Shown here in pieces: positions 38,711 to 53,100 of a stretch of 64,000 nt of DNA. Location: NCBI RefSeq assembly GCF_964204645.1, contig NC_134029.1:8024850-8088849 (forward strand), given 5' to 3'. The position numbers were made by a program, and so were the translations under genes. Within the stretch, counting starts at the first letter, position 1; every line of letters begins with the position of its first letter. The notes under the pieces are model-generated. The model searched no databases, had not been told where the DNA came from, and saw nothing but the letters and a program-made list of their open reading frames with translations. Origin of the DNA: Tubulanus polymorphus. Taxonomy: Eukaryota; Animalia; Nemertea.

Positions 38711-41460
38711 TTACGAAACTGACCCGACAAACCCATAAAGAATTTTTATCAACACTATTATCAATATCCATCGTCTCTCGCAATCGTCTCGTCTTATCGG
38801 TCTCACTGGGAGAGCTACTCTTCTCATTTTGATCGCAAACAACTATCGTCGTAAAACCAGCGTAAAGTGTTTTTATTGACATTCATCCATTGCCTCTCCA
38901 TATATCTACACATCACGATTCTCGAATAATTTCATTATCGTCTGCTGTATGAATTCGTACAAAAATGTGTTTAACGGGGCGTATTGTATGACAGCCACCG
39001 ATCAGTGTCCTCGGTCGTATGCGAGACAAGATCGCTAACGAGTAAAATAATATCTAGATGAGAAATCTGTTTAGACAATCGTTCAATTGATCTTTTAAGA
39101 TCAACCAAATCGATCAAATTTCCGCATGGTATATTATTCGAATGCCAAAACTATAAGCCCTTGCTTACAACAAAGTAAAACATTTTCCTCCCTAAGTCAT
39201 AAGTTCCATACGATACACAGTGTGATGTATCAACAACACTGACAAAGCGGTAGATCAGCTAATGTAAAGAGAACCCCACAATAATAACGAAATGTCCGAA
39301 AATTTTTCATTGTGCTGTAGTTTATTCGATGCTTCAAGTGTATTCAGTAGTCATCCTTCAGGAATACAGAAGAATATTGTCGAAACGTCGAATAAGCTAC
39401 CAGCTCAAGGAAACATTTTCGGACTTAATTCCGTTATTATTGTGAGGTTCTCTCGACATTTTCCGATCTACGGTTTTTGCCGTTGTTATTGTGGAATTCT
39501 CTTCATATTAGCGTCACAACACGAAATTATAGTGTCTTTATTGATAATGGATATCAGCTAATATCTTGAAATATATAGTGGGAATATTTCACCGTATTTT
39601 GATATCAACGAAGATAATATGGCACAGTTATTGCCTCGTCGGTAAGTCAGCTATCGACGCGAATGCAATACACGCAAGCCAAGCCACTTGGTAACTGGGA
39701 TAAGTTGTCGTTTCGTCTCTTGTCGGTCGCTGTAAAATGACAGAAAGTCGGTTACCGTGTACTGGTTAGTAGCGTCTTTGACACAAATTCGTCCACTGAC
39801 GCCTGCATGCGTTTTATTATTTATCAACACTGAGACTCGCAGAGGGTTCGGTAATGGCTTTTATATCCGCAGAGTAAGAATTATCAGTTACATATTGTCA
39901 TGACCACCGGTGAAAAATTGCTGCCAATGTCCAATATCGTTTACATTTTGAGAGGATAGTTTTATCGCTGCTGAGAATTGATGAGAATTTTCAAAGCTCT
40001 TTCATTGCGCAAGCAACTACTATTCCCTAAATGCAAAGAATGTTGAATATTGTTGAAATTCTTTGTTTCACGGTGTTTCGCGACAATCTTTGAATTTCGG
40101 AGAATTTTTCTAAATTTCGAATGGCAGACGGTTTAAAAGACGTCTGCTTCTGACGCCCTTGCAAGGATAGCGGTCTCAAGCTTCCTCGCAATTTTCTTCT
40201 AGAAGAATATTGATTCGTTTTTACTTACTCTCTAAAGTCTTCGCGTTGATCGAAAATGACAAAGATAGAAAAAATGTTTAATAGAAAAATCATCCCAACA
40301 TATTGGATCATGGTTCCGAGAGGTTTCGGCTGCTGAAGTTCGGCCTACATCTTATACGCACATATCTGCACATCGTTATTCATTAGATTATTTCTATCTT
40401 AATTAACATTCCCGGGATAGCCGCAGAACTATTCAATGCCATTCAGATACGAGTGAAATACGAGTGAAGCCATTCGTAAAATAGATGATTATTCGCGAAA
40501 TCCCGGCAAACGACGGCGCGGACAAGGAATTACATGGATGGATGTTTCCTGGTGAGCATTACTTTGCTACGGCTGTCAGAGTGGCCCTACACTTTTCACA
40601 GATACAAAACTCCCGGTTAATCTTCCACTAATTTCCTTTTTGTATCATTTTGACCAAGTCTTGCTTGCAAATGCAGCGTAGTCATTTCTCTTGTGTTGAC
40701 GCCGTTGTCCAGAATTTCGGCCAACAACCAACCTCAATGCATGATTTCTTTCAGAATATTCGTTTAAACTGGTAGACAGCCTTGTTGTTAGAAACTTTTC
40801 CCGGAAGGTAACCAGATCCAAATTGGGAATCGTAAGGGATTAAGCTATATAATTCTACTTACATAAAGCCCCTTGATCAGAGTGTTCCATGAGCCCACTT
40901 CAGCGTGTAATATCTTCCATATTCTCATTGGAGCTCGGGAACATGTTTAACGACTCTTCCCATTCGCTCGACGGGGTTACCTTGACAATAATAATGTGCA
41001 CGAAACTAATCTAATTTATCCACCAAAGTAGATCGTTCTCTGGATAGCGACAAATCTGAAAATATAAAATCAACCAAAACTTGGCGATAAAACACCGTAG
41101 TTAAACATCGAATGTTGCTCGAGAGTCCTATGGGGGCCAACGTAGACGGTAGGTTCTTTGCATCTAAATGATGCAGTGAATATTTATGAATTGAATCTAG
41201 ATTGCGATGAAATCGATGATGTTATAGATACTCATATAGGGAAGTATTAGTGCGCTATATGCTGTGCCGTTATAGACAACCTCCCCAAATGATGACCTTG
41301 GCTCTTTTAGAACTCAAAAAGAGACTCAAGGGTTGTGTAATAATTTGATGATTGAAACATTGCTGAACATGGCGTTTTTCCGTAGCGAAATTTTCAATTC
41401 AGTAGTTCTATTTAAACAAAAAATTCTGTAAATTCGACCGCCGATCACACAACATGTAAC

Positions 41461-41590
41461 CCGATTTTCGATTTCAAAATCAAGCCCCCCGTTTCGATCC
41501 CGGCAGGTGTGGCGGGTTTGCAAGGGACACCAAATCAAAACAAATCAAAACTCGATCTACTAATCACATAAATAACAGGGTCAATCCCTA
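41461..41590. repeat. Dispersed repeat, copy 1 (copy 2 at about 45488-45595)
   Basis: Shared CCCGGCAGGTGTGG..GGTTTG(C/T)AAGGGACACCAAATCAAA..AACAGGGTCAAT. Confidence 0.8.
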
Positions 41591-43700
41591 TGTTAAGAAA
41601 AAGAACGTGGCGTTTTATCAGCGAATGGTGTATATCCTTTTAGCGAATGGAAAAAGAATACGCATCTGCAGTTGGAGATTCTGAATCTAGAAGAATACAC
41701 ATATTCCGTCAGGGAAGAGAGGTGGAAGTGCTTTGAAATACTTCCATTAGTTTGGTGGCGAACCGAGATTTTATCTTGCCGGTGGCGGAGGACGTGTGAG
41801 CCAGTGAAGTAAACAATCCATTGAAGTACGCTAAGGGAGTTCCAAGATTGACTACATCAGACGAACGAAGAGATAAAGAAGAAACTCTCTGCACGAAGAA
41901 CTTACCATTGTGAATATTATAAGTACAATGTAATGCTCTAGAGCGAAGGAAAGAGTTTAGCAAGCTTAACTGAAACAAATACGGATACATGGAATTATGT
42001 GTATATAAGCACCAAGAACCATCCTACGTAAAATTTAGTATTCAGTTATATATTTTCTGTATGTAATGCTTACTAAATTCTTTTTAAAACTCGTTAAAAT
42101 CATGTTGGAGTCACCCGACGTAATATTTAGGTTCTCGTAAACGTTTTTTGTTTTAACATTTGAAATCTATTTACATTAAGCTCTGTATACAAAATTTAGA
42201 TAAAACTCACAAGGTGACATTACAGTGAGTTTGAATATTACGTGATAATAACAAATATGTTCGAATATATTCACCCCTGGATGCGCTGCAGATTCTTAAG
42301 TTTTGTTAGAAGCTTCAGCACGTCTAAAAGTGAAAATGAACATACAAATCACATTAGTGACAGTGCTAGAAATTGTTACTACAATCTATGATTTTTTTAA
42401 CAAAAATTTTGCTACTGTAAACGTTTCAACTCGTTCCAAGCTTTTATACAGTAATGAAACGCCTCCGCGTGTTGAACGGTCGATAAAGGTGGAGAAAAAA
42501 CGTCTGCCTCGCTTATCTCTCCCAACTAAACATTATATGTCTTGTTAATATGAATACAAAGCGTAGCTAAAGATAATTTGAAAAATCTATGTAGACTGCA
42601 ATAGGGCAATGAATTTCCGACAGAAAATCGACATCTAAATTGGTGTATTTTGGTATATCTTTACGGTGTCGAATTTCAGCACCCTTGGAGTTATTTGCCA
42701 CGGATGTTTAATAATGCAATAATTTTTCAGCCACCACGCAGATTTTCAATTCATATATATCCCAAAGGGAATACTTGTATGTTTTGTCTCAGCATGGCCT
42801 TTTCGTGTGCGGTTCGATTTCGGATGGTGACATCACTGTCCCTCGGGTAACTTCGTAACATGATTCGTAAATACTTCGGCCTCCGCGGAGAAAGAATATG
42901 CATTCATTAGTAATCTATAGTCTTTACCCGAGACAAACATCATGATGCAGCGGACTGATACACGACGTGACAGTTCCTCTGGAAGTGTAAACCCCTTTGT
43001 ATATGGGAGGTATATTGTTTCATGCTAGATACTATGCTAATCTTATCCATATGAAGAAGCTGCAGAAAGCAGCAATAATGGGTTTTCTGCATTCGGTTTT
43101 TTCACGATGATTTCCCTGGTGGCAGTTGCATAAACTAATCGTGCTGAACGGTATGTTGTATGTGCTGAACGGTATTTTATATGATTGAAATGCTGCATTT
43201 CAATTGGAAAACTGATACTGAAATGGGTTTTGAAAGGTTAACACCCCCTAGAGATTGTACGGTTCAATATTAGGCATATTGATATCAGTTTTTTATCGAA
43301 ATCCCTTCACCCACTAAGTTATAGATATAGAAGATGCAATGCAAAAGTAGATATAGATGAAGTTGCATTTTCAGAGCCATAGAATTAGCACCACAGAATT
43401 TTGATTTCTAACATTTTAAAAATCCGGTTACCACTTTCACGCTCTGCCTAAAAGGTGCATCGTAGAAAAGGTGCATCATTGACTAGAAATAACTTTGAGT
43501 TGTTACGAAAAACTTCGTGCTAGCACGAAGCTAAAAACTGAGTGATGAAATACTTTTTCGTCGTAAAAATCTTCATAAGTTTAATTCCCCCTGGTGGTCT
43601 GAAGAATTGACCAATCAAACATTCCTGCAAAGCTATTTACAGGGAATTGAATTTGTTACAACTCACCTAATTCTCATGCAAATCGGTTGATAACTACTGT

Positions 43701-43790
43701 GGCCTCGGTAGCTCAGTGGGATTCGGGGATTAAGTGACAACCGGGTTCAAATCCTGCTTACTCTTTACAGTATGACGGGCAACACTTCGT
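43701..43790 (+). mobile_element. tRNA-derived SINE head remnant
   Basis: A box TAGCTCAGTGG and B box GGTTCAAATCC, but no complete cloverleaf. Confidence 0.5.
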
Positions 43791-45487
43791 GGGGTTATTC
43801 TCACGAATGACATAAAGAAACATAAACAAACAAACAAAAAACTACGAGTAAAGGCAGAAAATTGATAACATGCATCAACGAGTTGATGCATGTTATCAAT
43901 TTTGTAATGCAGTTTATCATTCTCGGTAAAAATGGAACACTGATAGAACAGTCCGATCACGATTTTACGCTGCATACAGTGGGAAAACCTATGTATTCCC
44001 CGGAATGTATCTCTAGCTGTGCGAATACAATAGCCAGAATTAAACGTGATGCGAATGCGACTACCATTAATGCTAATGCGATCCGCGAGGAGATGAGATG
44101 CTCAACTTGTAGCTCGGACTGTTTCCGCCCTCGCGACACGATCCCCCGCATCACACCATAACCGCGTCGCTTTTTGAATCCGTTCAAATATTCATCGTGC
44201 ATTTAACAACCAAGCCGTCAGTATTTGTTTGTTCGGTGACAAATTGCTCGTTCCAGTTCTAGACCAGACATGATTTTGAAAGGAAACTTCAACCACGCGG
44301 GGTCTGGATAATAACGCCCTTCAAAATGCTAAATACATGTAGATTATTAACGAGAAATTAGACTTCATGTGTACACGATTGACTGGGTTGTATTTTGTGA
44401 TATAAGTGTCTTCGAATGGAGGCATTTCGAAAAACAAAGGTCAAGGTCAATTATCAACTGTTCAAAATGTCATGTCTGCAGAGCGCAACACGATTAGCTT
44501 TCTGTTGAAAAAAATTCAGTGTTCGAATCCTTTGGGTGTGAAGAGTATTTTAGATATTTCCTCGGCGATGCAAATCACGCGCATTTGGGAGTACTGAAAT
44601 TACTGAAACACTTTCGCACTAGAACTTTGTTTTAACGGCTATAATCCGTTATCCTAGACGGTATCTTTGACCAACTAAATGAGTTGCTATTTGTCCCAAA
44701 CGTATTCCCGACGTCGATGCAAACAATGCTCACCGGGCCAATTTTGATGAACAACGTCGAGCGAAACAGCGAGCAATTAACTCGCGTGACGACGCCAAGA
44801 AATCAACGGAGTGAACCAGCTTCTTTACGTTGCCTGTAGCGCAAAAAAATGGGTTAAGACTTAAATAGTACTGCGTGGATTTTTGTTTGAGGCCAATTTT
44901 CGCTAGTGTAATTAATGAAATTTGCGCCGATTACACTAACAACGTACATTCATGCAAAACCAGATAAACTACAAACCTATAGGGGAAAATCAAATAAGTT
45001 TGTAATTAGATTACATAGATTACTGATGTTTGGCATCTTTTCGTTTCCGACAGTCCGATGGACCGCACCCATCCACTCGCAGAGGGTCTAAATATATATC
45101 ATATAATCAATATTGTCATTGTTATTACGCAATATCGACCGTTGACAGGTCAAATAGTTCTATCGACGATACTCACAAATCACAAAGAATCAAGTCTCTT
45201 CCCTCGCGTGTGCGATATTACTCGTTAAGAACACAATTTGCCGCTTGCGCATACCTCTTATGTAATCAAGACTTACACGAAAATCGCCACGATAGAAATC
45301 AGAGGTTCGTATTCTGATAATCAACCGATCGTCACCTCGGAGGAGAATGCTCTAAATATGAATATTATACAAGTTACTGCCGTACGTGCGTAGCGTCATC
45401 AATTAGCGCATAATATCATACGATATTTCACTGCAGAAATAATTAGCTCCCAAGGACGTACTTCTAATATATCTTAATGTATGTATT

Positions 45488-45710
45488 CCGATTTCATAAT
45501 CAAATCCCGTGTACCACTCCCGGCAGGTGTGGTTGGTTTGTAAGGGACACCAAATCAAACGAAATCTACCAATGAAATAAACAACAGGGTCAATTGCTAT
45601 TATTTTTGTTCTGACGTTTTTCGGGAGGATTACTTCCACCCATCTTCAGAGATGTATTTGAAAATGGAAGTAATCCTCCCGAAACATCAGAACAAAAATA
45701 ATAGCAATTG
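45488..45710. repeat. Dispersed repeat copy 2 followed by an approximately 120-bp hairpin (45591-45710)
   Basis: Arms CAATTGCTATTATTTTTGTTCTGA..CGGGAGGATTACTTCCA / TGGAAGTAATCCTCCCGAAA..TCAGAACAAAAATAATAGCAATTG. Confidence 0.8.
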
Positions 45711-46970
45711 TTGAATTTACATTGTGGGTGAAACATTGTGGGTCAATCCCTATTTTAAGATTTTTAGACAATGTATCTTCTCATATTTGAGAAGAATTCG
45801 TACGTAAAGTTCAATAGTACCTATTAAATCGGGTCAATCCCTATTCTATGATAAAAAAAGGATTCCATTGGCATAACATATATGCCGATACCGTGTGTTT
45901 GGTGGTGACGTCACATAAGGTGACATCCGGCCGCGGACGGAAGTAGTATCAGACGGCGGTAGGCGTTTGGCATGTTTCTCCAATTACCGAAGTGCTGTCG
46001 ACAATAATCACTGTATGATATTCGTTCACTAGCTATTCCTTCTCGCAAAACAAATGGATATACGATATTTCGAAGTGTTTGGTTCATAATGAACAGACGA
46101 GTGTCATCCAATAAATTGCTATGTTTTATACAAACCTGATGGGTACGCTCTGAATAATATATGCATCTTATTATGCATTATAGATGAATACATTAATAAG
46201 TGTATCATTCCTATCGTAATAAAATCTGAATTCATTCCGTTTAAGCACTTCGCATTTAGATGGTAGAAAGAAGATGATAGCAAGAAAACCTCTTTTTACT
46301 AATCCGTGCTAATATCTACATTGTCTCTGTATACGGCTATCCATTGTCATCTTTGTACTAGATATCATGTACTTGTAAGTTTTCTTTGATAATAAAGTTT
46401 CTATTTTATTATTTAAATTTTATTATTCAAACCACTTTTAACGAACCCTGTATTAAACGAATGACATATCATTCACCATCACTTATAAATAGTAGGTTTT
46501 CGTCTGCAATCGTTTTTGTCCACAGTTTCATAAGCGTCTTTTGGCGTTTATTGGCCGAACTCGGCGGGATAATGGTGACTGTTATTGCCCTTTGACAATA
46601 AGAGCTATTTTTGAGCGAGTAGCAGTCACTGTGATTGCTTAGTTGTTAAGGGCGACTGGGACTATAAAGACAGAAATGATGATTTTATCTGTCCGACGGT
46701 CATGACTGCATGGCCCCCCTAAAAGATGATTCATCTCCCGAATCAACTTAACGTTAGGCAATCTTCCTGACAATAAAAAGGTAAATTGGAGTATTCGTGA
46801 AATAAAATGCAAATCATGGTTCCCCCGGTACACGCCGAAGATGTGTTAGTACCGCACTAACAGCGAGCTATCCAAATATAGTTCGAGGGGAATCTGTGTG
46901 GAGTTTTGGGGATCTTAAGTATATAAATCAAAAGCAAAGAGCGAATACATATATATATATATATATGAAC

Positions 46971-47007
46971 GTGAGAATTCGAGCTTGATTTCAGATTTTA
47001 TATATAG

Positions 47008-47086
<79 letters not shown>

Positions 47087-47103
47087 CAAGCTCGAATTCT
47101 CAC
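46971..47103. repeat. (TA)n microsatellite enclosed by a perfect 20-bp inverted repeat
   Basis: GTGAGAATTCGAGCTTGATT (46971-46990) / AATCAAGCTCGAATTCTCAC (47084-47103). Confidence 0.9.
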
Positions 47104-50100
47104 CAGCCAAACTATATAAACATTGATTATCACAAAAGATATCAAACGTGTTACAACACAGTGGTAACTGAATCTCATTTATCCATCTCTTATCTATATT
47201 TAATAGTCGAAATACTAATTCTACACGCCATATAAAGTAACTGTGTTGGAAGCTCTCGTGAAGCTGGAAAATGGGAAACCATCGCCATTTGTTTGAATGT
47301 CATAAAACTGGCGAACTGTAAATTCTTTCAGGCTAAAATATCACTGGATCGCATTAATTCATAGGAATAAACTGAAACAAATGCACGTAGCGGGAAAAAC
47401 GTGCAAAAGCACTATTTGCCAGGCAGTCAGTCGGACCGTATTCATCATGTTTCAATGCATATTCGATGCATGTCGAGCGCCGCTTCAACATAAATTGTCG
47501 CCCGCATATAAAAAAAACCCCGCGCGGTCCCATTTCATAAACTATCAGTTAATGACATCGCGAAAGGGAGCACTTATTTGAAAATCCATTTTTATATAAT
47601 GTGCATTAAATGTCGATATAGCGCGAAACGTATAAACATAGATTTGAAATGCGATGATGTCTGAGATGCACAACATCGGTTTTTGGTTCGTTATTGCGAA
47701 GCCCAGTGCAGCCATTTCTATATGCTGCGAATCAATGTTTGACTTAGTATTGAAAGTGAAGTGATTCATCCTCATTTACGTATAATTCAACGACTATAAA
47801 ACTGTATCAGTCAAGAGGCCTAGCGCTTAAAGGATGCTTAATGTTGTTCACCGGCATTTAAATGTCATGGTAACAACTGAAATTATATGCTTGCTAGTCG
47901 AACGCAGTATAGTTAACAACTATTTGAAACTCGTCCCTGGATTCTAAGACAAAGAATCGTTAAGATTAACTCTTGAATAACGCGTGATTACTTGACAATT
48001 TAAAGTAGAAACCGTTTGGCGACTTTGTTGCGGAAGATACGTACGCTGATCATTGAATGGTCCGACTCATACCAGACGTGAAGTATGTGTTCCGCTATTT
48101 AGCGTAGTCATAAACAGTCATTAGTAATGCAAATACAAATACAAATGTTCGTGCGCAAACCATTCCAATTAAACCATATCAGACCAGGCGAATTAGTTTG
48201 GTCAGTTTCTAACGCTGCATCGGCGCATGAACTACGTTTCGTTCCACTACGACGTATAATCATCGATTAGTTCCCCTGGTCACGAAAACAATTCATCTAA
48301 GAAACGCCAAACATCGAAGCCCATTTTCAGTTTGCAATTTATGGAACATTTTTCGCCATCGTCTGCGCGCTATATCAACAGTCTGCCAGCGACGCGTTTT
48401 ATCAAGAGCTATGGATTTCGTGAAAAATAACAAAATTGGTTCGAAATCAGAATTGTTTTTCATTTCCCCGAGATTTTCGTCGAAATATTCGAACACCATC
48501 GTTCAGTTTTAATGAGTTCAAAACGAATAAGTGCGAGTTTAGCTTTTTAGAAATAAGCGACTGTAAATAGATATACGTACTATTTCAGCGACGATATTTA
48601 GAAAGTAAAGTCAGTCAGTATATAAAACGGAAAAATGGACGCAGAACAATCCGAAACATGTTTTTGAGATTAAAAGGAACGATGTTTCGATTAATTTGAA
48701 ACGTTTTACATAGAAGTCTTTTCGTAAAACTTGATATCTGATATATACAAGTTTTGGCAGTTCGTAAAAGATTAGGCCTACTTACGTCGAAAATGCGAAG
48801 AAACAAATTATCCTTTACCGTTTGCATATACATGTGTTCACGTGAAATAAGAATATTTTGCTAATAGATACCTCGATACGTCTGCTCTCGTGTTTGTTAT
48901 ATCCGGTCGTATCTATCGCGAAATGACGACAACATCATTCATCGTGTTACATCGTCCGGTGTGGCACTGAACATCGACGGCGTCGGAAGCCGAATGAGAG
49001 CTGCTGAGCTTCATATAAGCTATTATAACGAGACCCATCTAGCTGGGTTTGTCAGTGTTGCCGCACCACGCTGGATGACTGCGCGATAGAGACGAGGGAT
49101 GAACGGAGAAATGGAAGTTAATTGAACAAAATAATTTCTATTTGTTTATACGACACGATATCTAGAACCGCCGTATCGTCACATGTTTTTTCAACAATAT
49201 TTGGCTCTATACTGTAAATCTATGAAACTGGACCAAAGTTGATGGTTAATGGCCACAGTTTTCCGCTGGGGCCATTTCAATTTTTCGAATGTAAAGCAAA
49301 CTTTGCCTGTATTTCATATCGACTCGTTTATTAAGATTTAAAATTATTTTGTCACAAAGTTGATTACTTCTACCGCGAAATCGTTTGTTATATTTAAAAA
49401 AAAAACATAGAATGTCTTAAAACTATGTTGACATATTTGTTCTACGTTTTACGTTGATGCAATTCTAGTAGCAACAAGTAACGTGATTGGAACACCTTAG
49501 GGAATCGAACATCGGTTGCTCAGGTGTTCTACCACAAACAGTCTAGGAGAATATTGCCGATTAATCGTATCGGTAATTTCGAATAACTTATGTAACCCAT
49601 AAATACTCCTGTTACGCTGGTACGTCGAAAGATGGTGAATGAAAATGGCGAATGTCGTTTAAAAAGGGAAGTAGGTTGTATCTAATAAGCAAAGGAGTAT
49701 AGTCATTTGGTAATACGTAATACAAAATGGACGAGGTTCTTCAGTTAGAGCACGAGCGCAAACAATAGTAAATAACCCTATAAGTGTTACCGTTTATGAA
49801 ATATTCAATCAATTTTTCCAATATGAAAATTATCTCGGTTTACACAATAGGAAAATTGTCAATATTCTAAGCAGATTCAGCTGTGGATGTCATAACTTAA
49901 GTCGAAACTTAAGTCGAAAGTGGCAGATGGACTAGGCCACTAACCCCACGCGAAGAAAACCGTCTTTGTGCTCATCGGAATAACCGAATTGAGGATGAAT
50001 ATCATATGCTTTATTGTAGCGATACAACTCAGCAAGAAATGCTTACAGGACGCTGTGGATATCTTACAGGGAATCCCTTTCTATCTAAATTCATAGATCT

Positions 50101-53100
50101 ATTGAGCACTAGCAACCACAATCTGATTATAAAAACAGGGAAATATCTCATTTAGGATGTTCAGTAAAAGAAAGTGGTTCCTTGATGACGAGTAACGACT
50201 CATTTGGTATTCCTGCATTATTTAGGCGTCTTTCATATCATTTTTCATGTTAATATTACGAATGTCATACAAGTAATATTGTAATACTTTGGCGAATAAA
50301 GATCGAATAAATAATCACCTGACGGTAATGCACCTGGCGATTCGGCACGTCAAATTGTACATCATGCGTACAGTAAAACAAATCCACTGTTGACTATGAA
50401 CAATGCATGACTTTCGTGCATTACCCCTTTAAGGCTGTCATATTTAGTGATTACAACTTCAGAATAATTATCCTGAGAGTAGCACAACACGATCCATGGA
50501 CATGGAGCACTTACCAACAATATCGCCGCTGTCTGCAAATCGTGAGCGAAAGCGCAGTGGCATGTTCTTGGTGGCCAACCTGTATAAACGGAAAATGAAT
50601 TATAAAGAACATAAAAAACGGACAACCAGAAAGTATTGTAGCTAAAAAAAACACCAGCGGTTTATTAAAAACCCTTCGAAACATAGACAATTTGAAATCC
50701 GAAGGAATATAAAAAAGAAATTCATCACTGTATTATTTTCCACCTTCTCGTCGAATAGCTTTCAATTTCAATTTATGATATATAGGATAGAATTGTTTTC
50801 TGTCGATCGGCGGTATACAAACGTGAACGGGTCGGTTTTATGTGCAGATGCAGTATCCTTGGATACAAGATGATACTACAAAAATGTTCCATGCAAAATA
50901 TATCATATTGCATTCTGTGTACGTCCCTGGAGAGTTTCACGCGCTTTATGTGGTACGATGCCTTTTTTCAAATTGTGCTCGTCTCGATGATTTTTAGCTG
51001 TGCGGTACGAGTCCCAACGGAACCAACACGCAGGAAGGAAATGACCCGCTTCGCTCCGCGCCCAGGACCTCGATGAGGTTCTTGTAAAAAACATCGAAAA
51101 TTGGATGGCGATGACAACGTCAGAAAGCTAACAACGACAACAAAAGTCGATATCGAGTGTTACGTTACCAAAACTTCAGCGAGTGAAAACACTTGTTATA
51201 TTATAGCAAATCGAACTCGCACTAAGGAGGTTTAACCAGTTTTCCGTCTTCGCCAACAACTCGTCATCGATTCGTCGATTACATCACGAAGCGAGTCAAG
51301 TATGTCTCCACATGCATCGACAAGTGCTAACGAATAAAGACTTACCCGGTTGAAGAACTTGAAATGTTTTTGGCCTATTCCTCGGAGTTTCTGACGTTAG
51401 GAAATCGCAGAACCGGCTGCATGCAGAAATGACATATAATTTAGCACATTGTTCTAAGGTACTTCTTATCACATTGCATAAAGCTTAAGAAATTTCAGTT
51501 CCGTTTATTCCCGAGAATGAAATGACAGGGAAGTTGTTATCACTGAAAACACGTACATTTTCATTTATCTATTCAAGAAGTGCAATAATCATTGCAAAAA
51601 TGAAACCAAAAGCAGAAAGTTATGTATGAGAATAAGTACAAAGGCTGATGACGTGCATCGCTTTGACATTGACACGATGATCTTCTTCTTAACACATGTA
51701 GATTGCCCGCGCCCGTCGTGTTTAGTACAGAGGGGATTAACGCCGTCATATTTAATCTCTTCTGAAAACGAAAAGGGATGTGTGTGGCGCGTATACAGTA
51801 TGAAATGAACATTAGCATTAATTGGAACTCATGTATCACGTCGCTATATGCTTCTACTCTTTGACTTTGAAATCTCAACATTGACGGTTAAATGTTAAAA
51901 GCAATAGAGATAAAGGAGGGCATCTTCCAAGATTCTTACGCGACTATACTTAGATTGTTGGTTGCATAAATATTGCCTATTTTTTCTAACGCCCCCTGAT
52001 GGCAATGCAGTTTTAAAATGTGACCAAATTGAAAAGGTGCCATATCCTCTCTAATATGAATACTGGTAATTTCAAAGGCTTCTCTTCCGTGGTTGGCCGT
52101 TTATCCCATCAATTAATTCCATTCGGCTGCCTCTCAGATCAATAAACTAGTTATTCATGTCGACAGCTAAACAAATATTGAATCTAGATGAACGTAGTCG
52201 TAATTTGAAATATATAAAAAAAAGTTTACACTGGCATTGACTGATGGTAGAAACCGAAAATTGAAAGATTGCGTGTATTCGGCTTAACTGTCCGTATCTC
52301 AGCTGTGTGCAAGCAACAGTATTCAGATACAAGAATTGGGGCTAACCACGGGAAACGTTGGGAAAAATTATACACTGGCTTCTTGCTTCTTGCAAGGACG
52401 ATCTATTAGATTTCTTAGTCAACAGTGGGTCCCAATTCCACCGGCAGTTGCGAGTTAAGTTCATTGTTACGAAACCCACTTCACAGTCATTGTATTCCAA
52501 TCACGCTTCTTTCAACTGAAATAGAAACTATTAAACCGTATTTCAGTATTCGCCAGCCTAGTTTTAATTCACGCGTTTACATCAATCCGTGAAGTCTTCA
52601 GTGGCGGTCTGAGGCCGTCAGATTGTTTCACGGCTCGTCAATCATTTTGCTTTTCGGTAGATGCGTCATAAATTTACAATACGATTTTAATTGGAAACCG
52701 TCACTGAATGAATACTCATATTCGCATAAGGCTGCCACAAAGTCATTCATCGGAAAATCATCACAGATGCTTCGGCGTCTAATCCGTCGACATGTTCAAA
52801 TTTGAAACAAAATTCGATGGCGGATTTGATCAAAAGTCACCCAGTATGTATTCTGGATTTAATATACAGATTTATTTTCCAGAAAGCGTACGAAAGATAA
52901 GCCGAATTAGATACCAGTTACTTCACAAAGACGATAACAAAACATTGTTGGCTACTGCCACTTGCAGACGATGAACGCAGATTTGCTTTTCTGTATTCTG
53001 TGGGTAAACTTTCTAGTAGACTTGAATGAGTTTCCATCCAGACTACGAAGCTTTTCCTTTGATCTTCGTGAGCATTTTGCTGGTAACGAAGACGTGACGA

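Larger units (their letters stand above)
40640..44202 (-). pseudogene. Probable decayed small-conductance Ca-activated K+ channel (SK/KCNN)-like pseudogene
   Basis: Colinear frameshifted fragments: LQVEHLISSRIAL..(TM)..QLEIHSGEY (about 44130-43990), HYKIDNMHQLVD, GLFTSLAHTSSATGKIKSRFATKLM (about 41820-41745), IGLSSN..TTVFYRQV, RIWKILH, and EKFL/AVYQFKRI (about 40800-40757). These resemble remembered SK motifs; boundaries are approximate. Confidence 0.45.

Noticed and set aside
41070-41102. TTVFYRQ read as a decayed K+ channel TTVGYGD filter
   Set aside because: Its position and flanks fit the end of S6 at least as well; it is ambiguous and was not used as filter evidence.
43701-43760. Possible tRNA gene
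   Set aside because: A and B boxes are present, but there is no anticodon arm or acceptor stem; treated as a SINE remnant.
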